This document shows positions 61,404-64,000 of a stretch of 64,000 nucleotides of DNA, one piece after another (the stretch's first letter is position 1; each line of letters opens with the position of its first letter). Position numbers and translations under genes: made by a program. Source of the stretch: a virus; IMG/VR virus record IMGVR_UViG_3300026512_000006, positions 1-64,000 of that record; one strand, given 5' to 3'. Under the pieces are notes generated by a model that worked only from the letters and a program-made list of their open reading frames with translations, had not been told where the DNA came from and made no database searches.

Positions 61404-64000
61404 ATGGCATGTAGTATAAAGAGTATTATAAGAGAACTAGTAAGTAAGCCTACTATTAGTGAAGATAAATACCCAGAGGTGTTCAAAGACCTTAAAGAGC
61501 TTCAAGCAGTACAGCAAGAGATGGCTATACTAGCTAAAGCTATGCCTCCTAGGGAGTTGGTCACTTATAGGATAGAGAGTGATAATAGATACCAAGAGCT
61601 GCTGCAAGAGCGTGAAGATATTAATAACGCATCTAAAGAGAAGCTTGATAAGATATTCGAGAATCTAAAAGCTAAAGGCGGTAAGAAGTTTGCAGCTAAG
61701 CTGGAACTAAATACGAAGAAGCTACTAGGTTGGATTAATAACTACAAAACTGAACTTAAAGAACTTGAAGATGAATTAGATCCAGAACTATATTCTGCTA
61801 AAGAGATTACTAATACAAAGAAAGCTATTAAACGAATAACTAGTAAGATAACTGAGTATGAAGTGTTTATAGCTAAAGGTAAGAGAGACGCTACGTCAGC
61901 AAAGTCTAGAGACACTAAGGCGTTCAATACTAAAGAGAAAGAGGCATTGAAAAAAGCTGAAGCTTTAGAAGACGTTAATAGACGCATTAGAGAGCTTAAG
62001 CAAACTTACAGTGCAGGATTTTTATCTATAAATAATACTCCATCTAAGTTAAAAGCTAGGAAGGATAAGTTACTAAATTACATGAGAGCTAAACCTGTAT
62101 ACAACAACTTAGTAAGATTTAAAGAGGATGTGAATTCATTTACAAAGTTACTAGGAAAGGTTGAAGTAACTGATGAACATATGCCAGAGGCTAAAGAAGT
62201 TATGGAATTTCTAGAGAAAGCTATTAACTATACTACAGCAGATAAGATGTATCAAGGTATAGACTTAAGAGATTACAGCATCCCAGACGGAGCTGAAGCT
62301 TATCAGAATATATCTAGACTAATGTTTGTGGAAAATGCTGACAGGAAACTAATACTAAGACCTGAGGCAGTTACAGCTTTAGCTGCAGCTTCTACAGATT
62401 GGTTAGCTAATTCGGTTGATAGATGGAATGAAAGAACTGACGACGATGTAAACAGATTCTTTGGCATTCCTGCAGGAGCACAAGTTACAGCAGAGCAGCG
62501 TAAAAGGCTAGTTGACGTAGACACACTTACTAGTACTGCTGCTAATGCTATAGGGCAAGCTGTAGTTAAGTCTCTTGGTATTAAACCGGATTTAGATAAG
62601 TCTGACGTGTCAGAGATATTAGTTGCTAAGCTAAGCACAGAGCTAGGACTGATAGGGCTAGAGTCGATGAAAAGTGGTAAGCTACTAGACATGAATACTA
62701 AAAATGACACAGAAGTGTATGGTGAAGCTGGTAAAGGAAACAAGATAGGTATTGCTACCTTGACAAGTATTGACAAACTTAAAGCTAATCAAAGAACTAA
62801 GGTATTTGGTTCTAAAGTAAGTTTAGGTTTAGCTACTAAAGCTATTACAAAAATACTAGCTGCTGAAAGTAGCAGTAAAGGCCCTAGGTTTAGCAAAACT
62901 AGAGGAGATAAAGAAGTAATAAATCAGTCAGCTCAAGGTAAATACTTTACTACAGCACCAAAAACTCAAGAAGCTCTTAATAAGCACGAGAATGTTGAAT
63001 GGAATTGGAATGATGATTTCATGACAGATTTTAATAGTATAGTAGCTGACGAAAAAGAAAAGCAGAGACTTAGAGTATTTCTAGGATGGCAAGACCCTGA
63101 GAAAGTACATAGTACTAACAGGGAGGGCGTCAACGGCAAGAATTTAGCTATAGAAGCTAACATAGATCACATGATGACTCTAGAGGCTGACATGAAGAGT
63201 ACTGGTAAGACTAAGATGTTTTTCAATTACTTCTTTGGGAAGAATGGTAGATTTTATATAGACTCTAATACTTTTAACCCACAAGGTACAAAACTACATA
63301 GATTTGCTATTAATACTAAGCCTGAGGTAATAGAGACACAAGAAGATAAAGACATGATGTTATTATCTTTAGGTATGGCATTTGGTCTTGACATAGATAA
63401 GATGACTAAAGATAGCTCTATCAAAGAATGGGATAATATTAAAAGTCAAATAATTGAAATGGTTAAAGGCCATGAGAGCACATTGGATATAATGGATTTA
63501 CTGTACAGTAAAGATGTTAAAGACTCTAAAGGTAAAGGTGTCACACCTCACGATCCAGAGCATGCTTTAGCTGGGATAGCCGAGCTTAGAAGATACATAG
63601 AGTATATTGAGGCTAACAATGGGGATAGTAAGGGCTTTGAGGCTAAGCTAGTGCTTGAGGTAGATGCAGTAACTTCAGGATATATACTAAAGACATTACA
63701 GATGCCACTAATTGACAATCCAGAGTACCACTTAGAAGGTGGTGGAGTATTTGTTGGAGAGATGGTAGATGGCAAACCAGCATTCAAGTACAGCTCATTT
63801 GGTGAGCAAGCAGAAGATAAAGGTACTTTAGATGCATATCAGAAGCCTGCTAAAGAGATGGGTGAACGTATGCCTAAAATAGTTAAGAAGTATAAAGGCT
63901 CTGAAGCTATAGGAAGAGCTGTAGAGCTAGCACTAGGTAGTGACCTGGGATCAGCTGAAAATATAGCAGAGATATCTAGAAAGTTTATGAAGTCTCCGTT
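61404..64000 (+). CDS. N4-like virion-encapsidated RNA polymerase (vRNAP), 5' part; continues beyond the window
   Basis: The frame is open from ATG 61404 to the window end (865 codons). FFGKNGRFYIDSNTFNPQGTKLHR ~ T7 DWRGRVYAVSMFNPQGNDMTKG (T/DxxGR). LVLEVDAVTSGYILKTLQM ~ motif A LPLAFDGSCSGIQHFSAM. Minus-strand ORFs listed here are low-complexity shadows. Confidence 0.8.
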   Translation, partial: MACSIKSIIRELVSKPTISEDKYPEVFKDLKELQAVQQEMAILAKAMPPRELVTYRIESDNRYQELLQEREDINNASKEKLDKIFENLKAKGGKKFAAKLELNTKKLLGWINNYKTELKELEDELDPELYSAKEITNTKKAIKRITSKITEYEVFIAKGKRDATSAKSRDTKAFNTKEKEALKKAEALEDVNRRIRELKQTYSAGFLSINNTPSKLKARKDKLLNYMRAKPVYNNLVRFKEDVNSFTKLLGKVEVTDEHMPEAKEVMEFLEKAINYTTADKMYQGIDLRDYSIPDGAEAYQNISRLMFVENADRKLILRPEAVTALAAASTDWLANSVDRWNERTDDDVNRFFGIPAGAQVTAEQRKRLVDVDTLTSTAANAIGQAVVKSLGIKPDLDKSDVSEILVAKLSTELGLIGLESMKSGKLLDMNTKNDTEVYGEAGKGNKIGIATLTSIDKLKANQRTKVFGSKVSLGLATKAITKILAAESSSKGPRFSKTRGDKEVINQSAQGKYFTTAPKTQEALNKHENVEWNWNDDFMTDFNSIVADEKEKQRLRVFLGWQDPEKVHSTNREGVNGKNLAIEANIDHMMTLEADMKSTGKTKMFFNYFFGKNGRFYIDSNTFNPQGTKLHRFAINTKPEVIETQEDKDMMLLSLGMAFGLDIDKMTKDSSIKEWDNIKSQIIEMVKGHESTLDIMDLLYSKDVKDSKGKGVTPHDPEHALAGIAELRRYIEYIEANNGDSKGFEAKLVLEVDAVTSGYILKTLQMPLIDNPEYHLEGGGVFVGEMVDGKPAFKYSSFGEQAEDKGTLDAYQKPAKEMGERMPKIVKKYKGSEAIGRAVELALGSDLGSAENIAEISRKFMKSP

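Noticed and set aside
1-64000. Whole-genome genetic code 4 (TGA = Trp, Mollicutes-type host)
   Set aside because: Nearly all ORFs, including 763-, 778- and 1330-codon ones, are free of TGA and encode Trp with TGG. TGA also serves as a normal stop at many coupled gene junctions (ATGA overlaps). Only a few minus-strand accessory ORFs carry internal TGA.

Overview
AT-rich phage DNA with the hallmarks of an N4-like (Schitoviridae-type) podovirus. Two divergent gene arrays meet at an ORF-free ~0.8 kb region (25631-26445). The minus strand (25630 down to ~1000) carries small early ORFs and a T7-like RNA polymerase encoded in three pieces, one of them interrupted by a 372-nt group I intron. It also carries many AT-rich accessory ORFs with paralog families, an E1-like / Cys-rich / JAMM operon preceded by two small penultimate-Gly ORFs, a stand-alone PolA-type 3'-5' exonuclease, and an RNA-repair-like nucleotidyltransferase cluster. 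The plus strand (26446 to 64000) is the late/virion module. It holds terminase, tail fibres interspersed with nuclease genes, a GH108 lysin plus holin, portal, an acidic scaffold-like protein, major capsid, an acyl-carrier-protein plus ketosynthase pair, large internal proteins, and the first ~2.6 kb of a giant virion RNA polymerase that runs off the window. Late genes are preceded by sigma70-type promoters. I found no rRNA, canonical tRNA or CRISPR array. The most unusual items are the phage-borne E1/JAMM module, the ACP+KS pair inside the virion block, and in-frame TGA codons in several otherwise intact minus-strand ORFs (one in the loop of an 11-bp hairpin). The first ~1 kb is also unusual: ORF-free and hairpin-dense. 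All functional calls rest on motifs read by eye; no database search was possible.
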